A stretch of DNA of 64,000 bases from Octopus sinensis. Its lineage: Eukaryota. Below are positions 1-11,770 of the stretch, in pieces. The translations under genes and the position numbers were made by a program. Below the pieces are notes generated by a model. The model did no database searches and was not told where the DNA came from. It worked only from the letters and a program-made list of their open reading frames with translations. The DNA lies in NCBI RefSeq assembly GCF_006345805.1, contig NC_043007.1, positions 6,200,001 to 6,264,000 of the forward strand. Reading direction: 5' to 3'. The stretch's first letter is position 1. Each line of letters begins with the position of its first letter.

Positions 1-1189
1 TATACGTGTATAATTACACGTATACGCACACATAATTCACACACTCGCTCGCACACATACATATACATGCATGATAACGTCAGGAAAATCGAAATTTCGA
101 AGCCATTGTTAACGTTCTCCTTGGGAAAAAATTATATACATTTACATCTAAAAGGTTTCTCGGATCAATTGTCATAAGACAGCAGATTATATACACCTTT
201 CAGCTACAAACTATATTACTAACACTATATCTTTAAACAAGTTTAGCTCAGTGTATATCATGTTGAAAACGATGTTATATTCATTGCGCAACGACTCCTA
301 TGTCCTGTATGTAAATTTATTTGTATTCATAAATAAGGTTTCCCATATTGAATTACCATACCTTGGAATAATATACTCACCTTCGTACAATGAAGTGTTT
401 CTTCATAAATATTCTTTTCACAGTTTTGCTGTATATCGAAGTAAGAACACCCATCTTATGTATTGTATTCACATACATATCATGATTTGTCACAGCCTCA
501 ACGATTATACTGAATTTTCAGCGGTTATCTTTAGCATTATCTGTAGTGCATGATCCTCGAATTCTATAGCTCGGCATTTTGAAATCACAGCTAATCTTAC
601 TGACTTAAGTTTAGAATTGGTTGTTGTTTAAAGTAAATTGCTTGCCATCAAACATGTACATTTTAAATATGATAAAGTTAATGATGGGAAGAGAAAGCGA
701 TTTTATAACTTGAATTTAGGATTACTATAAATCATCTGTATATGTATGTATTAGAAGAAATGAGGTACTCAGAAATTCGGGTGGTTTTATATTTACAGAT
801 ATTTATTTGTATATTACAGGCTTTTATACATCGTATATCATATATTAGCGCTTTCGTCCATTCTAGTGGAGTTTTCAAATTGAACTAAGTTGAACTAATA
901 TATACATTGTATGTATATATGTATGTATGCATGAAGTGTGTATGTATGCATGCATGAAGTGTGTATGTATGTATGCATGCATGAAATGTATTCAATGCTC
1001 TCGCTAATAAATCGACAGCACTTTTTGAGTTAAGAGTGTTCCCAGTCTTTGTGAATATGCGATTGAGTTGGGTTTTTTTTTGGACTGTCGATGCATACAT
1101 CCAAGTGTTTGCATCTATTCACATAAGAACCTCAGATGGAGAGGCTTTGAAATGTCTTACAAATCTTCACTGGTCACGATGCAGGCTCT

Positions 1190-1420
1190 CTCAACCGCTT
1201 GATTGTGCGCTCGATTCTCTGACCCACGGGCGCGTTATATTCTTGAGCAAAGCACTTCATTTCACGTTCCTCCAGGCCACTCAGCCGTTAGCGGGTGACG
1301 CCGACTAACCTCCACATTCAGAGGGAATCTTCACCTGCTCACCTAGTCAATAGGTCAATCTGAGCCAAGCGGTTTTACTCTGCGTGCTTCAGCTTCGTTC
1401 CTCTAGCAACACTCCGGATA
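1190..1420 (+). mobile_element. Old tRNA-derived SINE remnant
   Basis: TTCTTGAGCAAAGCACTTCATTTCACGTTCCTCCAGGCCACTCAGC resembles the post-tRNA-head region also seen at ~13975-14000 and ~38585-38620. Confidence 0.45.
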
Positions 1421-1437
1421 ATTATTGATCAGATCTC

Positions 1438-1572
<135 letters not shown>

Positions 1573-2274
1573 TGTATACTGAATAAATTTTGAAACAAAA
1601 AGCGGAAAACAAGTCTTATCGTATATTCTCGGAATTTTCAGTTTGAAAATAATTCTTTGTCAAATAGCGATAGAGACACATAATAAGTAAAATATAACAG
1701 ACGGATGAACAGACATTTCGACTACATTTTTCAGAGGTCAAGTATCGTCATCATTGGCAGCAGCAGTTGTTATGATAGCAGCACTGGAATCTTCTTACCT
1801 AACCGACAGTAGACAAATTGACAAGATACCTTTTATCTCTGAGACGAAACCAGTTGATTTAAGAGAAAATATAATATAATTATTATCTCATTTCATCTTG
1901 TCTGGAAGACTTGGAGTATTACATATACGTTTTCTTTCTATTCTAAGATGAAATTCGAAGCACTGTGACGAAATTTAAAATTTGAACAGCTTTGGAAACA
2001 CAGAACAAGGTGATTAATAAAACATAACGTTTATACTTTTATTTATTAATAAAACATGAGTTTTATCGTTACGCGACAAGGCTTATGTTCTATTCATAGA
2101 ATACACAACTTTGCTTAGGTCTCTGTCGCAATCTCTGATAAAGATACTTTTCGGATTGAAAATTCAGCCAAAAACGAAAGAGAAAAAAAAAACAATATTA
2201 TTTACTTTTTATTAATCGCATTGTCTTTTGTTTCTAATCCTAATCAACTTCCAGATTACATCCTAGTGCTTGAA

Positions 2275-2317
<43 letters not shown>

Positions 2318-2822
2318 TAGATAGATAGATAGATAGATATAGATATATATATATACACATATATATACATATATATATAGAGAGGTTTATATTCTCAACA
2401 TACTGTTGTCACCAAAGACTGTATATTTATATGGATTATAGTACTCTGTGTCAACCAATATTCTGTGCATGTTTGAATATACAGATACAGTACCAATATC
2501 AATTCCTTCTGGAAACTATCTTAAGTATGTCCTTGAGAACGATTATTTATGTAATCTTTTTTGCCCAATATTTTAAGGAACTTGTTGAACTTTTTTATGT
2601 CCTTAACATGTCCCTGTTACCAAAGACTGTATATATATATATATGTAATGTAGCAATTTGCAACAACCAATAATTAACGCAACCAAACTTCCACATGTTA
2701 CTTTTGACAATCTTTTTCCAAAGAGTGAAACCGGTAAAGTAAATAAACATCTTTTAAATTGCATTTTCAAACCTTCTTTCGTATATAATTCCACTCGTGC
2801 GGTACCCCACAACTCCACTTTG

Positions 2823-2865
<43 letters not shown>

Positions 2866-2954
2866 GCATATATAGAGAGAGAGTTTTATATATATAAATA
2901 TATATATATATACATATATATATATGTATATGTATATCTATATATATACATATA

Positions 2955-3165
2955 TGTAATCAATTCAATAAGCAGACAATTTAAAGAAACAAATAAATAA
3001 CAAAACGAAACAAAAATGAACTTGAGGGCGTGCTCAAGAATTGTATTACTTTGATACTCGGTAAAACGAGACAGTTTTAACGTTTCGAGCATAGCTCTTC
3101 GTCGGAAGGGAGAAAGGGAAAAGTTCAAAAAAGGGAAATCGCCAACGGCCCAGACATGCTATGCA
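2955..3165 (-). mobile_element. PLE-type terminal repeat fragment with hammerhead motif, ending at a (TA)n tract
   Basis: Minus strand is homologous to 48370-48565 and 23240-23420 (YTGGCGAT...CCGACGAAGAGC...GCTCGAAACGTT...). Confidence 0.7.
3075..3107 (-). ncRNA. Minimal type I hammerhead ribozyme motif (degenerate: U4C, 2-bp stem I)
   Basis: Minus strand reads TT-CCGACGA-A-GAGC-TAT-GCTC-GAAAC-GT-T-AA. Confidence 0.55.
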
Positions 3166-3289
3166 TGTGTACATATATATACGTGTCTGTGTATGCGTGC
3201 GTGTGTGTGTGTGTATGCGTGCGTGTGTGTGTGTGTATGTGTGTGTGTGTGTGCATGCATATGCGTCAGCGTGTTTGTATTTGTGTCTC

Positions 3290-3432
3290 TTTTTGTGCCT
3301 GTAGCTTCGGGGCTCCATAAAAGAAACCGTTACCATAACTACCAGAATAAAAAAATAAAGCAGTGGAGTCGATTTCAACGGGCTGCTCCAGCATGATCGC
3401 AGTTCAATGATTGAAATAAGCGAAACATAAAT
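3290..3432 (+). mobile_element. SINE 3' tail fragment
   Basis: CTCCAGCATGATCGCAGTTCAATGATTGAAATAAG matches the reverse complement of the tails at ~29375-29415 and ~62435-62465. Confidence 0.5.
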
Positions 3433-3916
3433 GACTAAAGCACATGCATACACACACACAGGCACACACACACACACTCACAGATCCCCCCCACACACAT
3501 ACACATGTATATCATACATGTAATAATGCGCAGTGTATGATTCGTCGGCACTCTGCGAGAAGAAGGTTAAAGCAAGAACCGAAGTGGGGGAGACTGACTT
3601 TCAGAGATGCTAAACGCTGGAGAGCTGTTGTAAAAGGTTTTAATGGGAGGTCGGTGATATTTTCATCAAAATAAATCGGCATAATTGTATCGTCAATCGT
3701 ATTTAATTTATCAGTTTCACACACACAGAACATAAATGTATATAAGAAATAAAATATTAAACCCGTTTATTTTCAAAATATTTCCTTTTACTTTTAAACA
3801 TTTCTTCGATCTAAGAAACGTAAACAAGCAGGCACTCACGCACACACAATCACACGCTAGTACACACACTTATTTATATACTTGTCTGCACATGCTTAGG
3901 TGTATATGAATATATA

Positions 3917-3960
<44 letters not shown>

Positions 3961-3962
<2 letters not shown>

Positions 3963-4817
3963 TACTAGTAGTGGAAACTGGACCCGGTGCGCGCACACGT
4001 GCATCCGCGCATCCGCGCTAGCCATTCGTAGGTAGTCGATTCTACAGCGACTTGCGTATGCAAATGAGCTGAATAATTTTTTAAACTTAATTATTTTTTT
4101 ACGCAAACGTATATAATCTTTTAACTTAATTATTTTTTTACACAAACGTATATAATTTTTAATCTTGATTTTTTTTACACAAATGTATATAATTTTTAAA
4201 CTTAATTAATTTCTTTACACAAACGTATATAATTTTTTAAACTTAACCATTGGATTACGGTGCTTTTGGCCAATCCAGTCATTTCTGTTGTTGTTGAAAT
4301 TGCTATGTTGTGACTCCATAAATATGTTAATAGGATAAAGTCACGTAGCCTTAGTTTAGACTTTTCAAGGTACGATTTCTTCTGAATTGAAACTTTCACA
4401 GCGAAATATCTTCTCATCGTTGTACTTTATCAGACTCATTTCTTTCTGGCATCGTACACAACGGGGACAAACATTATTGAGAAATTTCTGCTCCTTCAGA
4501 AACGAATACGCCGCTTCAAAGTCTTGAACAATAGGTAATAAATCACATAGCATTTTCACATTGTAAAGAAATTAATTAATTAAGTTTTAGAAATTATATA
4601 CATTTGTGTAAAAAAAAATAATAAAGTTTAAAAATTATATACGTTTGTGTAAAAAAAATAATTAATTAAGTTTAAAAAATTATATACGTTTGTGTAAAAA
4701 AAATAATTAAGTTTAAAAAATTATCAGCTCCTTTGCATACGCAAGTCGCTGTAGGATCGACTACCTACGACTGGCAAGCGCGTGTGCGCGCACCGGGTCC
4801 AGTCTCGACGACTAGTA

Positions 4818-4819
<2 letters not shown>
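3961..4819 (-). mobile_element. Internally deleted Merlin (IS1016/ISXO2-like) DNA transposon with ~260-285-bp TIRs
   Basis: Left end GGTACTAGTAGTGGAAACTGGACCCGGTGCGCGCACACG matches the reverse complement of the right end (AGTACTAGTCGTCGAGACTGGACCCGGTGCGCGCACACG). The TIRs carry ~37-40-bp tandem subrepeats. The interior encodes a Merlin-type transposase N-terminus. Both flanks are (TA)n. Confidence 0.8.
4247..4556 (-). pseudogene. Frameshifted N-terminal fragment of a Merlin-type transposase
   Basis: MLCDLLPIVQDFEAAYSFLKEQKFLNNVCPRCVRCQKEMSLIKYNDEKIFRC then, after a frameshift, KVSIQKKSYLEKSKLRLRDFILLTYLWSHNIAISTTTEMTGLAKSTVIQW. This fits the Merlin N-terminal pattern CxxC..M.L..(W/F)RC / SIR.GSFFE.SKL.L..YLW..G.S..TV.DW. 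The DDE domain is absent. Confidence 0.7.
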
Positions 4820-4887
<68 letters not shown>

Positions 4888-5495
4888 GACAATTGCAGCG
4901 TGCTGCATCACGGAATTTTGTTAGTGAACAGGTCGCGGTCTGAAAGCCACGAAAATATTTTGACAAATTAAATTTTAAATGTTGAAGTGAATCTGACGGT
5001 TTTTGTGTGCTTCTTAAATGGCTTATAAACACCTTCCACGCTGCAGTTGTTTTCGTTCCAGCACACGATCTCAGATCAGGTCACTTGCTATGCAAGTACA
5101 TCTCCGTAATATATATATATATGAAATGGAGAGAAATTCGCTGCATTACGATCTTAAATGTAAGATCTTCTCTGCCCTGATGACAGAAGCTCGTCTCATC
5201 CTTTGTAAAATGCATCTACACGGCTGCATATTGCGATTAACTAAATCTACCAACAAAATTATGGATCGCCGAGGCCTCAGAAATAGCTGTTGGATTCATA
5301 ATACATGTCCTTACACCCCTGGACTTATTGATATAAATATGTATATATTTATACAAATGAATTCACCATCAGAAAGTTTTCACCTTTTGCTGTCTCACGT
5401 TTTACAAGTATACATATTTTGTATTTGAATGCATTTTATATATTCAATATATTTGGTGTGCCTAATTTGTTTAGCTACATAATTTCTTATATATA

Positions 5496-5537
<42 letters not shown>

Positions 5538-6335
5538 TATATATTATATATATATATATAAATGTATGTATGCATGTATTAGTTATTAATGTTCGAACCG
5601 TGAAATATAATTCCACTCAATTAATTGCTAATTATCAAGCAGTCTCAGAATAAATTAATTTTATACTATACCAACGCGTATACCGTTCTCTCTGCTAACT
5701 GAGTTAACGAGTTGCAATAAACCACCGAACCCTCTCCTTCAGGCAAAAATGCCCTCCACAAAATCGGAGTTGTCCGTCGCGTTTAAAAAATCATATTAGC
5801 TTTCGTCCAATATTTTTCTTGCAATTTGTATCCTATTTTCCATAGTCTTTTTAATGTACTAAATATGGTATATATATATATAATTTTACACACTTAAATG
5901 TAATATATAATTAAATTCAGTGAAATGCATTTAATCCGGTGTCCTACCATTTCTGCAAACACAACATATACATTTAAATTTATACCATATAGACTTTATA
6001 ATTTGATATCGTTTTACTAACAATAAGTTTTATACTTTTCTGATATCATAATGATAAAAATTTGAAATCTGAAAATATTTGAGATAAACAAATAATATAT
6101 AAAAATTCAGACAGCTATCTATCAAAAGCTTTCATTCTACATTGAAAAATTTGTCTTGGCATTACGGAGAGTATCCATTAGATACACAGCAATTTGTTAA
6201 AATGGAACTGGTAATGGTACTAGAACATCAGACATCATTCAAATTTGATATTGGAGTATTTGTTTACATTACCTCTTAGTATTATTATAATCATTACATT
6301 ATCATTATACCACCCACCAAATTATTTATTTATTT

Positions 6336-6351
6336 ATTTATTCATCTATTA

Positions 6352-6402
<51 letters not shown>

Positions 6403-6406
6403 GTAT

Positions 6407-6447
<41 letters not shown>

Positions 6448-6455
6448 ATAGTAGT
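6336..6455. repeat. (TTA)n(TAG)n microsatellite
   Basis: Directly visible. Confidence 0.95.
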
Positions 6456-6748
6456 ATTGGTAACAAAGTTTTAAATCTTTGCACCTTTATATATATATAT
6501 ATATATAATATATATATATATACACATACATAGGTGTTTATACCTTGCTTTAGAAATACGTACATACCTACACAGACATTTTATCGCAAAGGAGTATGTA
6601 TGTTTCTACCTAAGTGACTATATTTATACATGATAAATATACTTGGCTATTTTTTGTGCTTTGCAATAAGCATTTATATACGTAGTTTAATGTATTATTG
6701 TACCCTTGGGTTAAAATACTTCTATTGCATCTTAACCAATACTAATGC

Positions 6749-6836
<88 letters not shown>

Positions 6837-7393
6837 GAGTGAGAGAGCAGTGCATGCCATCAAAGTGACACTAGGGTAAAATATACGAAGCCCAATATAC
6901 CCATCATGACTACCCGTCTGATAAGGGTACACCAGGCACATGCATCACAACCATATGTGCGCGACATGGTGATCTCATATCAAGATAAACAGCACATGAT
7001 CTGGCAGGTGGGGCCCAGTTAGAATTTTCTTCAGGTTGAGTAGCCCATCCCGCTCAAAAGGTCCCTGAATAAGGGTTGTTTAAGGATGTTGAAAGAACCA
7101 CCCATGTTTCCAGAGGTGAATTATTCAAACCCCAAAGAATCCCTCTCAACACATGGCTATGATGCTCCCCCACTACTTCTGCTCGTGATCAGAGATGCAC
7201 ATATCGTCAGCCACCAAGGGACATGCTCAACTGGTTAAGGTCAAACAACTGACAAGCAAATCTGTGGTATTGAGCAGAATATTTGCTGTAGCCCATCTTT
7301 TATACCAAGACAAAACAATGTACATGATAACACTTCCAATCAGTTAAGATCAGAAGCCATGAGAGCCACTGTCTGGTACTGCATCAGGGCATT
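6837..7393 (-). mobile_element. ~555-bp non-coding interspersed element, copy 1, inside an (AAT)n/(ATT)n tract
   Basis: Near-identical to 7430-7985 and 54125-54671. Both ends abut (ATT)n. Strand is inferred from the fixed end versus the truncated end. Confidence 0.9.
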
Positions 7394-7429
7394 TATTATT
7401 ATTATTATTATTATTATATTATTATTATT

Positions 7430-7982
7430 GAGTGAGAGAGCAGTGCATGCCATCAAAGTGACACTAGGTAAAATATACGAAGCCCAATATACCCATCATG
7501 ACTACCCGTCTGATAAGGGTACACCAGGCACATGCATCACAACCATATGTGCGCGACATGGTGATCTCATATCAAGATAAACAGCACATGATCTGGCAGG
7601 TGGGGCCCAGTTAGAATTTTCTTCAGTTGAGTAGCCCATCCCGCTCAAAAGGTCCCTGAATAAGGGTTGTTTAAGGATGTTGAAAGAACCACCCATGTTT
7701 CCAGAGGTGAATTATTCAAACCCCAAAGAATCCCTCTCAACACATGGCTATGATGCTCCCCCACTACCTCTGCTCGTGATCAGAGATGCACATATCGTCA
7801 GCCACCAAGGGACATGCTCAACTGGTTAAGGTCAAACAACTGACAAGCAAGTCTGTGGTATTGAGTAGAATATTTGCTGTAGCCCATCTTTTATACCAAG
7901 GCAAAACAATGTACATGATAACACTTCCAATCAGTTATGAAAGAGAAGCCATGAGAGCCACTGCCTGGTACTGCATCAGGGC

Positions 7983-7985
<3 letters not shown>
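7430..7985 (-). mobile_element. ~555-bp element, copy 2 (tandem with copy 1, ~36-bp ATT spacer)
   Basis: About ten differences from copy 1 counted by eye. Shares diagnostic bases with copy 1 that copy 3 lacks. Confidence 0.9.
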
Positions 7986-8057
<72 letters not shown>

Positions 8058-8109
8058 TATTATTATTATTATATCATTATTATATTATTATTATTATTAT
8101 TATTATTAT
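7986..8109. repeat. (ATT)n microsatellite
   Basis: Directly visible. Confidence 0.95.
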
Positions 8110-9447
8110 TGGGGGAATTTTGCTGAAGTGTGCTTCTGATTAATTAATTGCAGCTTAATATAACACTATGCACACAAAAAAAATGAATAGTTTTTCGTTT
8201 AAATATAAGAATCACTTGGTGACCTATAAAAACAATAGAATCTCTGTCGGAAAGTGGTGGCGTATAAAGTCGCAGGCTTATGGGTGTCTCGATCCGATGA
8301 TGTCATTCCTATTCAGTGATGTGCTTTCACACAGAGTATCTTATACGGAGATTCTCTCTCCCGAGACACTATCCACTATTGATTATTAACGGTATCTTAT
8401 GATGCCCATCGATTGGAAATGATATTGGAGAGCACTGGATGAAAAGCTTTGCAGAATTTACTCCAGGGCAGACGATCTTACGATATTTATTTAGATTCCA
8501 TGTTCTGATGCGACCGAGGTCAATTTTATTTTATATCAAAAGCAGAAAGGGTATGAAAGAAAATTAATACCAAAGAAATAATGGAACTATACACTTCCGA
8601 ATTCCTCTCCAACTAATGTATAAACTTGTTTTGTATTAAAATAATTATTCATGAATATCTCAAACACGTTTTATTTTCTGCTCATTAGATATTTTCCAAT
8701 GAAAAAAATTAAGCTTATAAAAATAACTTTTAAAAAATTTTAAAGTATATCTCGAATGTCATAGGTTTTCTTTAGCCCAAAGTTAGCCCTCATCAAAATC
8801 TCACCTCATGCTAAGATGAAATGCGTTCACAGAGGTTAGCTGACTTGATTATCAGAGGCAGCATTCTGCTTCAGTTGATCCTGTCTTATTGCAAGAGAGT
8901 GATCTTGCAAGGAATCCAGTTTTCGTTTGTGAGCTATTTAATTGGTTGATATAATAAAGAACTTTGGATGCGATTTGGTGAAAGTTTATCTGTTATTTTT
9001 TGCAGATCAAGTGTATGTCATTTTTTGAAGACATAAGCAGCGAACTTGGGCAACAAATGATATGAAAATTTCTGCTATATATATATATATGACACTTTCC
9101 TGTCATTAGGTGCTTTGAGGCATAACTGAAGCAAGACATAGGAAATAATCATTTCTGACGTGTTCAAAGTTCTGTTCCCTATTGAAAACAAATCGGAAAA
9201 AAGAGAAAGTAACTTAACGCTAAAACAAAACAAATCTTCTATTTATTTGAAGAGAATTTATATTTAAAAAATCCTCTCAAGGGACAATGCTTAGAGAGAG
9301 AAACGACCAATTTGTTCTATAATATTTGTTAACTTCTTGTTTAATTTCTGCATTGTCAGGTGTGTAGATATGTACATATAAAGGTGTATTCATATATAAA
9401 TGTATGTATACATAGCTATATATATGTGTGTGTGTACGTACAGACAA

Positions 9448-9537
<90 letters not shown>

Positions 9538-9859
9538 ATTTAGGTCTAAAAAAACACTATGTGGACAACCATATGCTAGAAGAAGATCACAAACAATCTA
9601 GCTACAAAGAAAGAATATTCTCCAGAGAAAATTAAGAGAACACCAGAACATAGGCGAGCAAGACAGATGAAAATTATATAAAAATCAAGAATTAATCGTA
9701 TACCGGTTTCTTCTAAACATAAGTATATATGTATGTTCATTAATATTATATTCATTAAAATTTTCACGCGAAGAGTGACTCAAGGGCTGAGTCTCATGCG
9801 GTTAGCACTTATCAAACTAGTTAGAGTTGAAGGGTTTTTTTCTTGATCTTCGTATATAG

Positions 9860-10250
9860 AAATGGCAAATTAAGGGATGCACCTTCAATATTATAGAAGA
9901 TCCATAACAAAACTGAAAACACACAATGCAGAGAATAGACAATACAGCGGAAAAAAACTACTGCATACAACCTTTGTAGATATGAATGTGCAAAACATTT
10001 CTATATACGAAGACCAACAGGAAAATATTCAGTAAAGAGTTGTGCGAAGCAGTGTTTATTTTAAAGCAAAAAATCACTTGAAATCATCTGAGGAGCCCCA
10101 TCTACATCAAGGGATACACCTAAACCAGTTATATAGCATTCCACCCGTGAGGGATCAATACTAAACGGGTCGAAACGATTGTAGTGATCAATAAAGATTC
10201 TCGTATTTTCCATCTCCCGCTTCTTTCGTTAATTTTATATATATATATTA
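9860..10250 (+). mobile_element. Degenerate PLE 3' remnant with hammerhead motif
   Basis: EAVFILKQKIT* resembles the end of a GIY-YIG ORF. A hammerhead motif follows immediately, then a short (TA)n. Confidence 0.45.
10083..10188 (+). ncRNA. Type I hammerhead ribozyme motif with long stem II insert
   Basis: ATCAT-CTGAGGA-GCCC...GGGTC-GAAAC-GATT-GTA-GTGAT. Stem I ATCAT/GTGAT, intact core, GUA cleavage triplet, one bulge or mismatch at the base of stem II. Confidence 0.55.
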
Positions 10251-10938
10251 ATGTAAACGCGCATAAATGTCACCATACACATAAATAACTCCATTCAAAC
10301 TTGGGTGCATGCATATTTAATTTAATCAAGGTGTAATTTTCATTAATATTGTTAAACATCAATGCATTTAATCCCACGATGTATATGACGCAATTTAATC
10401 GGATTAAAATCAGTGGAATTTGAAGAATTCCATCGTATATATTCAATGAAGACTATGAAAAAAGAATGCCTTATGTCAAGGCAGATCTACTCATTTTGAA
10501 GAAGGAATCGGAGGCAGATGAAATGTCAAAAGTGATGAAAATATAAGGATTAAGATATTTTATTCACGAAAACGCGAAGAAAATTAAGGATTGGAAGGAT
10601 TAATCGACTAAAAACTGGATCACGTGTGTGGCGTATTTAGTGCATCAATGTAAACTGTAGATTTACTTACCCTGTGTTTGTGTGTGTCTTTCTGCTTCTG
10701 TTTGTGTGCGTGAGAGTGCATGTGGTTGCATATGTGCGTGCGTGTGGTACAACGATGCACCCAACATCGTTTTGTTGCTTTCCTTCTTGTTATATTTTTG
10801 CTCCGTAATATTGCTATTTGTTATGATTAATGTTATTTAGTACAATATATTTTCTTAATAATGAAGATATTGATTCATTGATTCCACTCGACGTGAATAA
10901 TTAGTTCCTTGTTCAATGTTATACACACGCATACATGC

Positions 10939-10970
<32 letters not shown>

Positions 10971-10974
10971 TATA

Positions 10975-11013
<39 letters not shown>

Positions 11014-11049
11014 TGTATGTATTTGCATGTTTGTTACATTATATATATG

Positions 11050-11087
<38 letters not shown>

Positions 11088-11484
11088 AACATATGTATAT
11101 ATATATATATATATATACGCGAAATAAAAGATAAATGAAAACCTTTGGATGACGTCGTGCTGTTACATATTTGTATTAAAAGTCGGTTGTCATCGTTAAG
11201 AAAGAAAGAGAAATTTGATGTTATTCCTACCAGCAGTTGTAACCTCCTGGTGGATAAAAAGTATAAATTTTACGATAGATAATCTTTCAAGAATTATAAT
11301 TTTGCATACATCTGCGAAATGGAATATTTTGAAAATTGTTTTCATAATTTTATGTTACTTGATATATATTTGTGGTGCTAATTCGAAATATCAAACAAAG
11401 CTTTTTACCATTCCTTAAGGTTTTCCTCAAGATTTAATGATAAAATATGCCATAATTTGTAGGTAAATCTACATTGGTAGAAGT

Positions 11485-11768
11485 TTGTTCCTTCTCGAGC
11501 CAAGCGTGGCTTATAAGGGCCGGTTTCCCAGTTCCCTTGGCGTATAGGTTCCCCACCTGGACGTGACGCCGGTTCGTCGCAGGTGAACTGCTTGATGCAG
11601 GAGGAAAGAGTGAGAGAAAGAGTCAGCAGAACTTCGTCATTACCTTCTGCCGGTGTTGCGTGGAGCTTAAGTGTTTCGCTCATAAACACACACATCACTC
11701 AGTCTGAGATTCGAACCCGCGATCCCTCGGTCGCGAATCCGCTGCTCTAACCACTAGGCCATGTGCCT
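11485..11768 (-). mobile_element. tRNA-derived SINE (family B, tRNA-Arg-like head)
   Basis: Minus strand: A box TGGCCTAGTGG, anticodon-like arm with TCG, B box GGTTCGAATC. Related to 35720-36090. Confidence 0.85.
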
Positions 11769-11770
11769 CA

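Noticed and set aside
4075-4725. ~37-40-bp repeated units that could suggest a CRISPR array
   Set aside because: Units are contiguous with no unique spacers, mirrored inside transposon TIRs, in a eukaryotic context with no cas genes.
6837-7393. 555-bp element as a solo LTR (TG...CA ends, TATAAAAG on the minus strand) or as snRNA/rRNA-derived
   Set aside because: TG/CA depends on borrowing bases from the ATT flank, there is no clean TSD, copy 3 is end-truncated, and no sustained match to U1/U2/U4/U5/5S/28S was recognised. Not fully excluded.
11700-11768. tRNA-like cloverleaf heads (also ~35720-35790 and family-A heads)
   Set aside because: They continue into SINE bodies and lack a proper acceptor stem, so they are not tRNA genes.
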